Source: an uncultured virus (IMG/VR IMGVR_UViG_3300034683_000273) (lineage: Duplodnaviria; Heunggongvirae; Uroviricota; Caudoviricetes). Taken from it: 64,000 nt of DNA. This document shows, piece after piece, positions 9,903 to 19,556 of the stretch. Within the stretch, counting starts at the first letter, position 1. The number at the start of each line of letters is the position of its first letter. The DNA lies in the IMG/VR virus record IMGVR_UViG_3300034683_000273; one strand, written 5' to 3'. The translations under genes were made by a program, and so were the position numbers. The notes beneath the pieces were generated by a model. That model did not search any database. It had not been told where the DNA came from and worked only from the letters and a program-made list of their open reading frames with translations.

Positions 9903-10345
9903 TCTCCACCTCCTGCAATTCTAGCAGCGCCCCTTAATATCTGTTTTCCTTTGTCTGACTTCATTCGTTCAAACCAAAAAGCGCCTCTTCGTGGGGCACC
10001 ATTATAAGTCAGGTTTTTGTTCAAAACATGCTTCGGGGCTACACCTCCCATAGCCTTTCCATAATACAAATATCTGGCATACGGCGCATTCCATACCACC
10101 GTTCCGCTTCCTATCTCAGTGCCTAAAATTCCGCTTTTCTTAAGCATTCCTGTCTGAAATGGTATGTAAGGGTCTGACAATCTTAAAACTTCGCTATCAA
10201 CAAATATTTGAGCCTTAGAGTATCTGTGCTGCCACTTGGACTTAAAGTCTGGGTTCCAAACAAGCTTAACCTGTCCATTATTAGTTTTTATAACACTCCC
10301 TCTTGGCGTATCGATTCTTGACACAATTTTCATATTATCTGCCAC
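9899..10345 (-). CDS. Minor capsid / tail completion protein
   Basis: PYIPFQTGML..APYARYLYYG..GAFWFERMK motif. Confidence 0.8.
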   Translation of the reverse strand: MADNMKIVSRIDTPRGSVIKTNNGQVKLVWNPDFKSKWQHRYSKAQIFVDSEVLRLSDPYIPFQTGMLKKSGILGTEIGSGTVVWNAPYARYLYYGKAMGGVAPKHVLNKNLTYNGAPRRGAFWFERMKSDKGKQILRGAARIAGGGE

Positions 10346-10745
10346 CTACTTCCCAATGATCCAACTCACTACCAAAGCTTTTATAGTCAATTTTAGTCAC
10401 TTTATAGACATCATCAAACCTTTCTAACTCTTTAGAAGACTTTACAATTTCATAGCCGGTATTTCCTTTTATAATAGAGTCGCCTACAGAAATAGTAAAA
10501 TACCCTGATTTCACTTGCAACGCCGCCCACTCCCTAGGTTTTTTATAAATCTTTCCACATTTAACATTTTTAGGGATTATGAGCATCACTTCATCCGCAT
10601 TTTCCAATCCTGTTTTTCTATAATTAGCCCCTTTCACGCTGTCCCAAAAAACACCATTAAGTACAGTCCTTTGCCATTTTTCAATCCCTGATGAATCAAT
10701 GTATTTATTATAGATGGTGCATACTTCATTAAACATCATAACCAC
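10335..10745 (-). CDS. Head closure protein
   Basis: TIYN..W.RTVL.GVFW..HWEVGG motif; position. Confidence 0.7.
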   Translation of the reverse strand: MVMMFNEVCTIYNKYIDSSGIEKWQRTVLNGVFWDSVKGANYRKTGLENADEVMLIIPKNVKCGKIYKKPREWAALQVKSGYFTISVGDSIIKGNTGYEIVKSSKELERFDDVYKVTKIDYKSFGSELDHWEVGGR

Positions 10746-11083
10746 CTACTCAAAAGACCAGTTTTATTCAAATACAATTTAGCAGCTTCATATAATCTTT
10801 TATCATCTGGTACATTTACTTTTGAATAAGTTTTAGTCCAGCTGCCAACAGATTCACTTTGCACCTCGCCGCCACCTTCATTTTTCTTCTGGGCTTCAGC
10901 TACAGAGCAAGCAGCCATTTTAACCGCATCATCCTTTGTATAAGAAGATGCAGCTCCACAAGTAATATTGTCTATATATGCGCTTGCCCTGGCTATTAGC
11001 CTGTCAAAATCATCAGAGGAAATGACATTGCCTTGATAATCGCTTAAATAAAACTCATATTCAGCATATGCCATATCAATCAC
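10736..11083 (-). CDS. Head-tail adaptor
   Basis: YA.YEFY..RASAYID..SESVGSW..YL..TGLL pattern. Confidence 0.75.
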   Translation of the reverse strand: MIDMAYAEYEFYLSDYQGNVISSDDFDRLIARASAYIDNITCGAASSYTKDDAVKMAACSVAEAQKKNEGGGEVQSESVGSWTKTYSKVNVPDDKRLYEAAKLYLNKTGLLSRWL

Positions 11084-11086
11084 CTG

Positions 11087-12217
11087 TTATCCTAATACTC
11101 TTGCAGCAAGCTCTTCATACATGGTCTTATAACCATAAAGTACGTCCATAGAGAGCATCTCTTTTTTGAATTGCATATTATAGCCTCTAACAACCCTCAA
11201 AGTAACTCCATTATACGAAGTAACATAAGATTCTACACCCGCAGGCGCAATCAAAGGTCTTGTCACAAAAGCAAATGCATTAGGATTAAAAGCAAGATTA
11301 GCAGTATGACTTCCAACTACCGTTACTTCTTCATCTGCTGCCACAACTATTGCTGGGTAAATATCAACTGTTATTTCATTATCAGCAGCAGTTGCATTTT
11401 TAGTTACGGTGTAAGTTTTTCCGTCAATAGTTAAAATATCCCCTTTAACTAAGGTTCCTGTCAAGGTACCTCCAGAAGATGCTGTAACATCTAAAACTAT
11501 TTGTTTAGCCGCAGTAGCAACGGCAGTTTTAACAGTTATTTTACCACCAGTTCCACCAGCTGCTAAAGTGCCTTTGACATGATTCTTAACTTCTTGAGAC
11601 ATATAGTTGTCAAGTCCGAATATCCTACCGATGGATCCTTCTCGCAAAGCCTGAGTGCTACCAGATTTTTCGGCATTAACTATAGCCTCGATAGTAGTAA
11701 ATTTAGCATCTGCTTCAGTATCCCAAACTGCTCTTCTTCCAGCCACAGGCACTTTGTTTTCGTTCAAAACTTTTCTCACATTAGCAATATCAGCCAATAC
11801 ACTTGGTGTAGTTCCTGCTGTTCCAGATATATAAGGTATGTCCTTATACAGGAATAAACCATCAGAGTTTATCTTTTGAGCTAAAGCTACGGCGGCGGGC
11901 TCAAGAAATAATCTGTTTAGATCATCTACGTTAGTAGCTCTTTGGATTGCCCCAAACTCAACATCAACTGTTGCAAGCTTATCCAAAGTTACTTCTACAG
12001 ATTGCTCTTTTACATCCTGAGCTGTAGTTCCCACTGTCTCATCAAATTCTTTCGCCTCCAAAATTACAGGCTTTTTTACCTGAATAGTTGCTCCAAGTCC
12101 ATTTACATAAGTATCTGAATAATCCTTATGAATCAGATTTGGAAACACAAGGTTCTCAATTAACCTCGGAAGTATTTGTCTTGCAATGTTCTTAATCGTG
12201 ATAAATTCATTTCCCAT
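11087..12217 (-). CDS. Major capsid protein (P22 coat-like)
   Basis: 376 aa after scaffold; NLAF.P.AFAFVTRPL and DVLYG motifs. Confidence 0.85.
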   Translation of the reverse strand: MGNEFITIKNIARQILPRLIENLVFPNLIHKDYSDTYVNGLGATIQVKKPVILEAKEFDETVGTTAQDVKEQSVEVTLDKLATVDVEFGAIQRATNVDDLNRLFLEPAAVALAQKINSDGLFLYKDIPYISGTAGTTPSVLADIANVRKVLNENKVPVAGRRAVWDTEADAKFTTIEAIVNAEKSGSTQALREGSIGRIFGLDNYMSQEVKNHVKGTLAAGGTGGKITVKTAVATAAKQIVLDVTASSGGTLTGTLVKGDILTIDGKTYTVTKNATAADNEITVDIYPAIVVAADEEVTVVGSHTANLAFNPNAFAFVTRPLIAPAGVESYVTSYNGVTLRVVRGYNMQFKKEMLSMDVLYGYKTMYEELAARVLG

Positions 12218-12232
12218 AAGTAATTCTCCTTA

Positions 12233-12826
12233 TTATTTTTTATTATTGTCTTGCATGGCTTTGTAATACTCTTCGTCACTCATCTTGTCATAGTCAACAT
12301 TATTGTTTGAGCTGTGGAAAGATCCGCTATTGAGTTTCACGTTTGTCTTTTCTTCCTGCCCAGTTTCAGCGTTAAATAAATAAGCTTCATCAGTTTTAAG
12401 CTTTTCAAGTTGTTCTTTTAAGCCTATAATTGCTCCGTCTGCATTCTTTAAACTTTCCATGTTAAGCAGCGCCTTAACTGTCTTAGGGTTCCTTGCGCCG
12501 GCTTTTTGCAGTTCGGATTCAAGACTATATTCAAACTGAAGCTTTTCAATCTGTTTTTTTGCTTCTACCTCTGCCTGTTCTGCTTTTGTTTTATACTCAT
12601 CTGCCGCCTTTTTAATCCCTTCAATATCCATTCCTTTAAAAGATTCAATCTGCTTGTTTGCCTCATTAAGCTGTGTCTTAAGACCATCAATTTCAGCGCT
12701 TTTGGTTGTAACTTTTGCTTTTTCAGCTTCAATGTCCTTGCCATTTTCAGCCATTATTTTGTCAATTAATTCTTTCTCAAGTTTTAATTCTTCCAAAAAT
12801 TCTCTTTTCATGCTATTCTCCTTCAA
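12233..12826 (-). CDS. Capsid scaffolding protein (GP20 family); likely start MKREFL
   Basis: IDKIMAENGKDIE..GARNPK.VKALL motifs. Confidence 0.85.
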   Translation of the reverse strand: MKENSMKREFLEELKLEKELIDKIMAENGKDIEAEKAKVTTKSAEIDGLKTQLNEANKQIESFKGMDIEGIKKAADEYKTKAEQAEVEAKKQIEKLQFEYSLESELQKAGARNPKTVKALLNMESLKNADGAIIGLKEQLEKLKTDEAYLFNAETGQEEKTNVKLNSGSFHSSNNNVDYDKMSDEEYYKAMQDNNKK

Positions 12827-12940
12827 CTACGCTTTTTTACGAGGTAGCTCCTCGAGTTGCCTGACTTTTTACGCCCTCAGGTAGGCTAAATTTGACATAA
12901 AAAATAAGCCTGTTTTACGTCTATTGCTTAAAGACGTATA
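12815..12940 (-). promoter_or_regulatory. Structured leader of scaffold gene (GP20-type RNA motif candidate)
   Basis: Repeated stem plus CGTAAAA units on minus strand: acgtct/agacgtaaaa, cctga/tcagg around cgtaaaaa, cgagg/cctcgtaaaaaa. Confidence 0.55.
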
Positions 12941-12975
12941 AAAAGCACCCGTCATTCTTACGAATTGAGTGCTTA
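12940..12975 (-). terminator. Terminator after the GNAT/small-gene cassette
   Basis: aagcactc...gggtgcttttt hairpin plus U tract. Confidence 0.65.
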
Positions 12976-13001
12976 TTTATTAATATGTTAAGTCTACCAT
13001 A

Positions 13002-13175
13002 CTATCTTTCGAATCTCTTAATTTCTGTTTCTGTTAATTTATCGCATTTTTTACCTGTGCTCATGCAATAATTCCTAATTCCAAGCATATCAAGATTTTT
13101 TTTGCTTGATACAGTAAAAGTACCGTCAGGAGATAGTCTATCTAGTTTTCCATATTTTCTTAGTGTTTTATTCAT
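13002..13175 (-). CDS. Small protein (57 aa), candidate antitoxin/immunity for GNAT domain
   Basis: ATG overlaps end of upstream ORF with GGTG RBS; sits directly after a MuF-type C-terminal domain. Confidence 0.55.
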   Translation of the reverse strand: MNKTLRKYGKLDRLSPDGTFTVSSKKNLDMLGIRNYCMSTGKKCDKLTETEIKRFER

Positions 13176-13677
13176 GTTTCTCACCACCATAATAAGTCTG
13201 AATTAATTTTTCGAAACTTTCGCCTTCTATCAACATTCTTTGGCTTGAACCTATTTGCATTGCGCCAAGTTTGCTTTTATAGTATTCTATGAGCTTTGTT
13301 TTAGCGTCAAAGTAAACATAATCATAACCTTCGTCTCTAGCTTGCTTACAAGCATATGCGAACAGATGCGCCCCAACACCATCAAATATACCAGTTTTCC
13401 CAAAATTATGTGGTGCCGATTCAATGATATCGACATGAACCGCTTTATTTGCCTTATCTATAACTGATGCTATTAATCCCTGTATGTCTTCGTTTTCAGT
13501 AGTTTTTAAGGCGTGTATCTCATATCCGTTTTTCTTTGGGATAGACCAATCAAACTTCCATCCTTCATAGTCTGATTTTTTTAAATCAACTGCAACTGTC
13601 CTCGTGTCTACTATTTTTCCTGTTGATTTTTCAATTAAGCAAGGTGTAAAATCATCTACTTCAACATCAACACGCAT
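13168..13677 (-). CDS. GNAT acetyltransferase domain with possible independent internal start (169 aa)
   Basis: IQGLIA..IESAPHN..GVGAHLFAYAC..F.AKT.LIEYY..LGA GNAT pattern; AGAGGT RBS 9 nt before ATG. Confidence 0.65.
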   Translation of the reverse strand: MRVDVEVDDFTPCLIEKSTGKIVDTRTVAVDLKKSDYEGWKFDWSIPKKNGYEIHALKTTENEDIQGLIASVIDKANKAVHVDIIESAPHNFGKTGIFDGVGAHLFAYACKQARDEGYDYVYFDAKTKLIEYYKSKLGAMQIGSSQRMLIEGESFEKLIQTYYGGEKHE

Positions 13678-13699
13678 AGCATTATTACCTCTTGATACT

Positions 13700-13727
13700 A
13701 TTATACCATTTCTACCAGAAACATCAA
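13700..13727 (-). promoter_or_regulatory. Internal sigma-A promoter inside minor capsid reading frame
   Basis: TTGATG-16 nt-TATAAT with extended TG (tggtataat), encoding VDVSGRNGII. Confidence 0.65.
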
Positions 13728-14176
13728 CCTTTTTGCCAACCTGCAACCGCCCTGATTGCCTCTTAAGACCCGTCTGTCTGAGGAAATCATCATGCGTATT
13801 GTTCCATCGTGATATTTTAGCTGAAGCTTCAGCAGTAGGTAATCCAGCAGCATTCATTCCGTTATACTCCCGTTTCCACCGCCTGATCTGACTTTCAATA
13901 TAACGCTGCTTTTGAGATGCTTCATACTCAGTCATTTTCTTGCCATTGTATTCATAATTCTGCGCCTGCATCTCCTTTAGTTCTTTGTTGGTGTAGGCTC
14001 TCTTGGATATACCTTCAAGGAACGGGTAGAAGTTGTGACGGCAGTTATACCCGCAAAGTCAAAGCCCGGCTCCCGTGCCATAGCCAGTGCTTGACACAAA
14101 ATCCGGATATTCTTTTTCATTCATCAATAAAATCACCCCCTAATACAAAAGACATTTTGTAAGCGTCTCTGACTAG

Positions 14177-15013
14177 TCACTTTTTTACTGGCTCAGTAAG
14201 TGCCTTTTCTACAGACCACCCATAACGGTTTATTCTATCCCTTAATGTATCATAGGGTAGACCACAATCTTTTGCCCATTGAGATATTGTCTGTGTTATC
14301 CCATTATATGTAACATCTCGATTACTACGCCTATTCAAACTTTGTTCTGAAGGTTTTACAAACCTGCAATTTAGAGGTTCATAATCCCCATCATTGTCAA
14401 CACGGTCAATAGTCAAATCGTCAGTGTAACCATTTTTCAATGCCCAGTCTCTGAAACTCTCAAAACTATTTTTCCATTCTTCACAAGTTCTGATCCCTCT
14501 ATCCCAATAATCCTTTTTATGTCGCTTATCAGTTTTTTGGCTTGTTCGACTTCTCATCCCTAACCATATATTGTAAAGTCGTGTTTCAGACATACCATGA
14601 GTTTTATTAGCTCCCCAACCTTTAGGTAAACATTCTTCTCTGCTGTAACAACCGCAAGAGACGATGGAACCGTTTCTTAAAGACGCACCCCTTAATATTT
14701 TTTCACTTCCACATATACAACGACAAAGCCACATAGCATCGCCTCGCTCGTTGCTTTTCTCTCGCTTGATTACCGTTAATCTGCCAAAGTTCAGTCCAGA
14801 TATATCAGTATATATTTTTTCACTATGTAAACAGCCACATGAACAAGTTTTTCCGTGTAAATTTGAAGTCGTTACAATAACTTCATTGCCACAATCACAA
14901 GCACATTGCCACTGTTTACCTTTACGTCCTTTTGGGCTAACATAATCGTCTGCTCTACCAATTACTAATAAACGACCGAAACGTTGCCCGGTTAAATCCA
15001 CCTGTATACCCAT
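14177..15013 (-). CDS. HNH-type putative homing endonuclease with two Cys-rich repeats
   Basis: DLTGQRFGRL..W.C.CDCG..SCGC twice; TIDR.DNDGDYEP.NCR motif. Confidence 0.8.
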   Translation of the reverse strand: MGIQVDLTGQRFGRLLVIGRADDYVSPKGRKGKQWQCACDCGNEVIVTTSNLHGKTCSCGCLHSEKIYTDISGLNFGRLTVIKREKSNERGDAMWLCRCICGSEKILRGASLRNGSIVSCGCYSREECLPKGWGANKTHGMSETRLYNIWLGMRSRTSQKTDKRHKKDYWDRGIRTCEEWKNSFESFRDWALKNGYTDDLTIDRVDNDGDYEPLNCRFVKPSEQSLNRRSNRDVTYNGITQTISQWAKDCGLPYDTLRDRINRYGWSVEKALTEPVKK

Positions 15014-15072
15014 AATATTACCTTCCTTTCAATAATATTATTGCATTTCCAACCACATATATCAATAACATT

Positions 15073-15819
15073 TTATTTATTCCATCTGTAAACTTTACCC
15101 TGCCACCCTGCATGATCAGCAACACCAGTACCTGTTCTAGCACCTGCATGAGCTGTGACTTCAAAGAGGGTGCATCCCATTTCCTCAGCCCTTGCCAATT
15201 GTAATTTAGCACAAGTCTGGTTAACACCTGTTATGACCGCCCTGCGAACAGATGATTCCAAATAACCAATCCTGCCACTTGGGTACTCTATGGAAGCTAT
15301 GCCATTTTCACTAAGACTTTTTACAGCTCCTCTGATAGCAGTTTCATAATCAAAAGCACCTGATGTTATTTGCATATAAGCTCTATCAAGAGCTTTTTCA
15401 AACTGTTTGGTAGTTGTGTTCGCAGTTGTCTTTGTCAAATTCTCAAACAGTCCATTGGTATTGTTGATGCCTGCATTCAGTACCGACAAGAGTGCCGGTG
15501 ATTGACTGATGGGTTTAGGCTTCAATCCAGCCAGTTGATAGATCTCATCATCAACCTTAATGGTTTGATAGCCTGCTTCCTTCATGAGCTGCTCTATCTC
15601 TCTTTTTCTTTTGCCGGTGAGACTTTCCATCTTTTTGAGTATCTCATCATGGATATTCCCCATCTCCAGAGCCTTTTTATACTGGAATTCAGCCGATGGT
15701 ATGAAGTAATCATATCTTGCCAGACGTCTCGATATGTCGGCAATGATGTCCGCTTCTAGTTTTCCATATAGTGTGACAAGATTGTCCGGAAACTGATCCA
15801 GTTGTTCTGGTGTAAGCAT
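15073..15819 (-). CDS. N-terminal half of minor capsid protein (phage min_cap2 / MuF-like)
   Basis: Follows portal; RRAVITGVNQ..VTAHAGAR..H..WQGKVY; stops before the NCRH motif. Confidence 0.85.
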   Translation of the reverse strand: MLTPEQLDQFPDNLVTLYGKLEADIIADISRRLARYDYFIPSAEFQYKKALEMGNIHDEILKKMESLTGKRKREIEQLMKEAGYQTIKVDDEIYQLAGLKPKPISQSPALLSVLNAGINNTNGLFENLTKTTANTTTKQFEKALDRAYMQITSGAFDYETAIRGAVKSLSENGIASIEYPSGRIGYLESSVRRAVITGVNQTCAKLQLARAEEMGCTLFEVTAHAGARTGTGVADHAGWQGKVYRWNK

Positions 15820-17261
15820 CAGCTACCTCCAAAACCCATAAGCTCATCATCTGACAAATCGGAAGCAACCATTTTCTTAGCCTCCTCTTCCGATTCACCA
15901 AACCATTTAGCTCTATACTCCCATTTCATAAGCAGTCCGTCACGTACTTCCTGCTGATCTCTTAGCCTTTCAGATTCTTTGTCGATAATAAAGCTATCAT
16001 CAAATATAATATTAATCTCCGCATCAGGGTTTACTGGCTGACCAAGAATCTCTTTACCAATCCATAAAACAGCTTTTACCAGGGTTTGAAGTGCCTGCTC
16101 AATGATAATGCAGTGCTTACTTGCATTCTGCACCAGCTCCTGCTTATCTCCTGAGTATTGGGTCGCTGTCACGATACTACCGGCATTGAACTGATAATGC
16201 TTTGTGCCAAGACCACATTTAAAGCTGAGATAATCAAGCTGACCCTGGATACCGTCCTTGTTTTCCTGCACCCTCAAGAGAGGATTGTATTCATGTATAA
16301 GCTTTTCATTATCCAACACCTCATCACCAAACTGGACAAAGAGCTGCTGAGCCACATCATCAGGAGTTATCAAAAATCCTTCAGAATCTCTCTTGGTCAA
16401 GCTATCGTTCATGAAGACCTTCTTTCCACCAAGCTTGAAATCTCTACAAAAGTTATTAAAAGCCAAATCAACTCCTTTTAAATTATCAATAGCATCAGCA
16501 AATACACTAATTCCCAATCCAATGCTTTCGTCAATATTATTAACTATATTAGGAGTAATAATAGTAAAAAGAGGAATATCCGTCCCTGTACTGTACGAAG
16601 AAATTATGCCTGGTGGGAGCTCTACTTGTTTAAGCACACCCTCATCATTCTCAAGATAAAGATTAGTTATCTGATAACCTAGATTTTCTTTGACGTGAGT
16701 TTCCAAATAAATATATTTCTTGCCTTTTACTAAAACCTCGCTTACAAAAGCAACGTCTATAATTTTTCCCTGTTGAACCGTCAAAGGAATTATATTTTGA
16801 GCAGACAGGTATTCAAACACAATCTTAGTATTAGAATCCTTTATAACTTCGTCATTGCTTATAGACATTCCTATCATACGAAGAACAATCGCCCCGGTAC
16901 CGGAATAGAAAGCCTTTTCAACAAGCGCATTCGACTTCTGCCAGAAATGATTTTCACCAAATACTCCACCCATTTGGTTTTCACCTTGAAGAAATTTATT
17001 GCTCAACTCATCCTCAACAACAATCTCTGTTCTTTCATTAAGCAAGAGGGATGCCCAATCTTCGCATATCTTTTTACCCATCTTAAGTGTATACATGTCC
17101 CTATCTATCACTTTCATTCCTGAAACCTCTCTGAAATGGTGAAATGGCTTGTAATAACCCTTCCACCATTGCTCCCACTCCTTAATGTACTGATAGTAGG
17201 CGCTGGAGACGCTATACCCATGTGTTTTGTTCAAATACTCAATAACCTGTTTTATTTCCAA
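15819..17261 (-). CDS. Portal protein (SPP1/A118 type)
   Basis: KKICEDWASLL, GLGISVFA, TATQ, FDDS motifs. Confidence 0.9.
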   Translation of the reverse strand: MEIKQVIEYLNKTHGYSVSSAYYQYIKEWEQWWKGYYKPFHHFREVSGMKVIDRDMYTLKMGKKICEDWASLLLNERTEIVVEDELSNKFLQGENQMGGVFGENHFWQKSNALVEKAFYSGTGAIVLRMIGMSISNDEVIKDSNTKIVFEYLSAQNIIPLTVQQGKIIDVAFVSEVLVKGKKYIYLETHVKENLGYQITNLYLENDEGVLKQVELPPGIISSYSTGTDIPLFTIITPNIVNNIDESIGLGISVFADAIDNLKGVDLAFNNFCRDFKLGGKKVFMNDSLTKRDSEGFLITPDDVAQQLFVQFGDEVLDNEKLIHEYNPLLRVQENKDGIQGQLDYLSFKCGLGTKHYQFNAGSIVTATQYSGDKQELVQNASKHCIIIEQALQTLVKAVLWIGKEILGQPVNPDAEINIIFDDSFIIDKESERLRDQQEVRDGLLMKWEYRAKWFGESEEEAKKMVASDLSDDELMGFGGS

Positions 17262-17265
17262 AATA

Positions 17266-18582
17266 TCACCTCGGCACTAATTTATTCATAAATCTTTCCC
17301 AGCTATATTCAAAGGCATCAAGAATATCTATATCTGTCGAAAAATCGTCAAGTCTAACATCCTTGCCTTGTTCAGCCGCCTTCATATCCCACAAAGCTGT
17401 CTGTAGTCCAGCAATAACTAAGGAACAACTTCTATGTATACTCAATCTATCCATGTTCAACAATGTATTCGCACAATAAATTCTTTGGACGATTTCATTT
17501 TTAGCAGCATCTCCTATCTTGACAGTTAATCCTTCTTTTAAACAAGCCTTTTTCAAGCCATTTATAAGATACTGAGCTTCACTGTCTCCAAAACAGTATT
17601 GTATGTACGCTCCCGGATATTCCATCTGTAAATCCCTAAAAAATCTTATAAATTCAGTATTTACCCTATCACTATCTATGTCTCCTTTGTTACCTTTTAT
17701 ATGATAATCCTTAATAATAGTCAGCTTTTTAAAGTTTCGGTGTACTGCTGTAGCCACAAAAGTAGTTAATGACCTGTTGCCACCAAAGTCAATGCCTATA
17801 GTAATAAAATCAATATCTTTTTCAACTTCATCTACAATCCATCTATTAGAATCATTTGCAAATTGCTGATAAATAACGCCTTCTGCCGGTACCCATAACC
17901 CAAGAATATACCTTTTAAAGAAGACACCCGAATACATGTTGCGGTATCTTTCTTTAATTTTTTCTGTCAAAGACAAGTTATCGTCCATAGTAAAATGGAG
18001 GACTACTAAATTCTTTTCTTTTTGTTTATCAAGCCAGTTTAATTTAAACCAATGCTTTGGATTATCCGGATTGCAGTTGAACCAAAACTTAGAACCATCA
18101 ACCGAACAACGCCCTGTTGCCTGGTTCACAAAACTTTCAGGCATCAATGCTACTTCATCAAAGAAGCATCCTGCTAATGTGATCCCTTGGATTAAATCCT
18201 GAGATCTCTCATCTTTGCCGCCGAAAATATAAAAATAGTTAGTAACATCTCCTTTACTAACTACAATCAAATTATCAGCTCTATGGTCTTTAACCTTGTA
18301 TCCTCTCGACCAAAGCATAAGCTTCAGCCAAAACAAAACATTACGTCTGAACGAACCTATGGTTTTACCACACATTCCAAAATTCTGTAAAGCGAAAGAC
18401 TCCATAGCCCACATAACAAAAGATAAAGACATTGATAAAGTTTTTCCTGATCTAATAGCTCCATCAGCTATTATTCCATCTTTGTCTTTAACCGGGGAGT
18501 TTGGCATCCACCAAGTCAAAACCTTTAGCTGTTTATTCGAAAAAGGCTTGAATTTAAATACAGCTTGTTTTAGTCTTGCCAT
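17266..18582 (-). CDS. terL: Terminase large subunit (PBSX family)
   Basis: DGAIRSGKT Walker A, FDEVAL Walker B, FNCNP, GIDFG nuclease motif. Confidence 0.95.
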   Translation of the reverse strand: MARLKQAVFKFKPFSNKQLKVLTWWMPNSPVKDKDGIIADGAIRSGKTLSMSLSFVMWAMESFALQNFGMCGKTIGSFRRNVLFWLKLMLWSRGYKVKDHRADNLIVVSKGDVTNYFYIFGGKDERSQDLIQGITLAGCFFDEVALMPESFVNQATGRCSVDGSKFWFNCNPDNPKHWFKLNWLDKQKEKNLVVLHFTMDDNLSLTEKIKERYRNMYSGVFFKRYILGLWVPAEGVIYQQFANDSNRWIVDEVEKDIDFITIGIDFGGNRSLTTFVATAVHRNFKKLTIIKDYHIKGNKGDIDSDRVNTEFIRFFRDLQMEYPGAYIQYCFGDSEAQYLINGLKKACLKEGLTVKIGDAAKNEIVQRIYCANTLLNMDRLSIHRSCSLVIAGLQTALWDMKAAEQGKDVRLDDFSTDIDILDAFEYSWERFMNKLVPR

Positions 18583-19367
18583 ATCTCATCAACCTTTCCG
18601 TTTAATGCATCAATAAATCCATCATCTTCGTTAATCTCTTCTTCTTTTTCAGATATTCTATTAATTTCTGCATTAAGCTTGCTAATTCTTGCCCTAGTCT
18701 CCTCATCCACAAGACCATATCTGTCTAGCTCCATGAAATTCTTGATCATCTGGTTAAAAGTTGTCATTGACCTAGCCATTGAGTTAAGAGCAGCATTCTG
18801 TTTATCCCAGGCAAATTGAATATTATATTCTTCTTCCCAACTGCTGCTTTTTTCGCTATCCATATGCTTTTCTCTTTTAAGTTCTTTGGTCATGTCCTGG
18901 ATATCCTTGACATATATCTTCTTCTGAGCAGCTATGATGTTGGCATACAAAATATGTATCTGGTCAACAAGCATCTCCACCGGAGACTTTTCCTGCAAAT
19001 CTTCCACGATCTCATTAAGCTCCTCGGGTAGATACTTTGAAAACAACCCATGCTTTCTTGCATTTTGATTCCCAGCAGGAGCTCCATGACCAAAAGAATT
19101 TTGATTCCCAAAAGGTGCACCTTTTTTTGTTTTGGAATGCACCCTTTCAGATGTAGAAGTGCACCCTTTTTTGTTTTGGGGTGCACTCTGTTTTGATGTG
19201 ATCTTATTCAGTTTCTTCTGGACTTCCTTTTTCTCATCGGTCCAGCTGTATCGTTTGATCCATGACTTCAGTGTGTTCAACTTCAGATCATACTTATTGG
19301 CTATGTCTTCCAGCTTAAATCCCTTAAGATAGTCTATCTTTGCTTTGGTTTTCAAATCCTCACTCAA
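18570..19367 (-). CDS. terS: Terminase small subunit
   Basis: N-terminal HTH (TLKSW.KRY.W), GAP.GN.NA.KHGLF motif. Confidence 0.9.
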   Translation of the reverse strand: MSEDLKTKAKIDYLKGFKLEDIANKYDLKLNTLKSWIKRYSWTDEKKEVQKKLNKITSKQSAPQNKKGCTSTSERVHSKTKKGAPFGNQNSFGHGAPAGNQNARKHGLFSKYLPEELNEIVEDLQEKSPVEMLVDQIHILYANIIAAQKKIYVKDIQDMTKELKREKHMDSEKSSSWEEEYNIQFAWDKQNAALNSMARSMTTFNQMIKNFMELDRYGLVDEETRARISKLNAEINRISEKEEEINEDDGFIDALNGKVDEIWQD

Positions 19368-19502
19368 GTCACCACCTGCTTAATCCTTAATTAACACCCA
19401 CCCCTAACCCAACAGCCGGTTACAACAGCTGCATAACACAATTAATCTTCGGAGGAAAGCAAAACGAAAAAGCAGTCCCAAAACGGACTGCTTCCACATT
19501 CT

Positions 19503-19556
19503 AATTATATCACAGGTTTTCCGTAAAAAAAAGGACATAAAAGTGACATGTTTTTT
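19503..19556 (-). promoter_or_regulatory. Late (terminase) promoter with activator-binding repeats
   Basis: atgtcactttt/atgtcctttt repeats at 3' end of ArpU/RinA gene, then TGATATAAT -10 with no consensus -35. Confidence 0.55.

Larger units (their letters stand above)
13168..14124 (-). pseudogene. C-terminal half of minor capsid (MuF-like) protein fused to a GNAT domain; in-frame TGA at 14059-14061
   Basis: RBS GGGGTG then MNEKEYPDFVSSTGYGTGAGL*LCGYNCRHNFYPF, in frame with ORF 13168-13971; GxNCRH is the MuF/min_cap2 motif. Confidence 0.75.

Noticed and set aside
14059..14061. Selenocysteine recoding of the TGA
   Set aside because: The stop arises from a duplication and the conserved Cys is still present two codons later; no SECIS identified
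14124..15073. Group I intron or intein carrying the HNH gene
   Set aside because: Flanks are only about 50-60 nt, no intron core is visible, the upstream half has a stop and the downstream half has its own RBS
15018..15227. 69-aa ORF bridging the minor capsid and HNH genes
   Set aside because: Alternative frame overlapping the capsid gene; no start signal or slippery site seen
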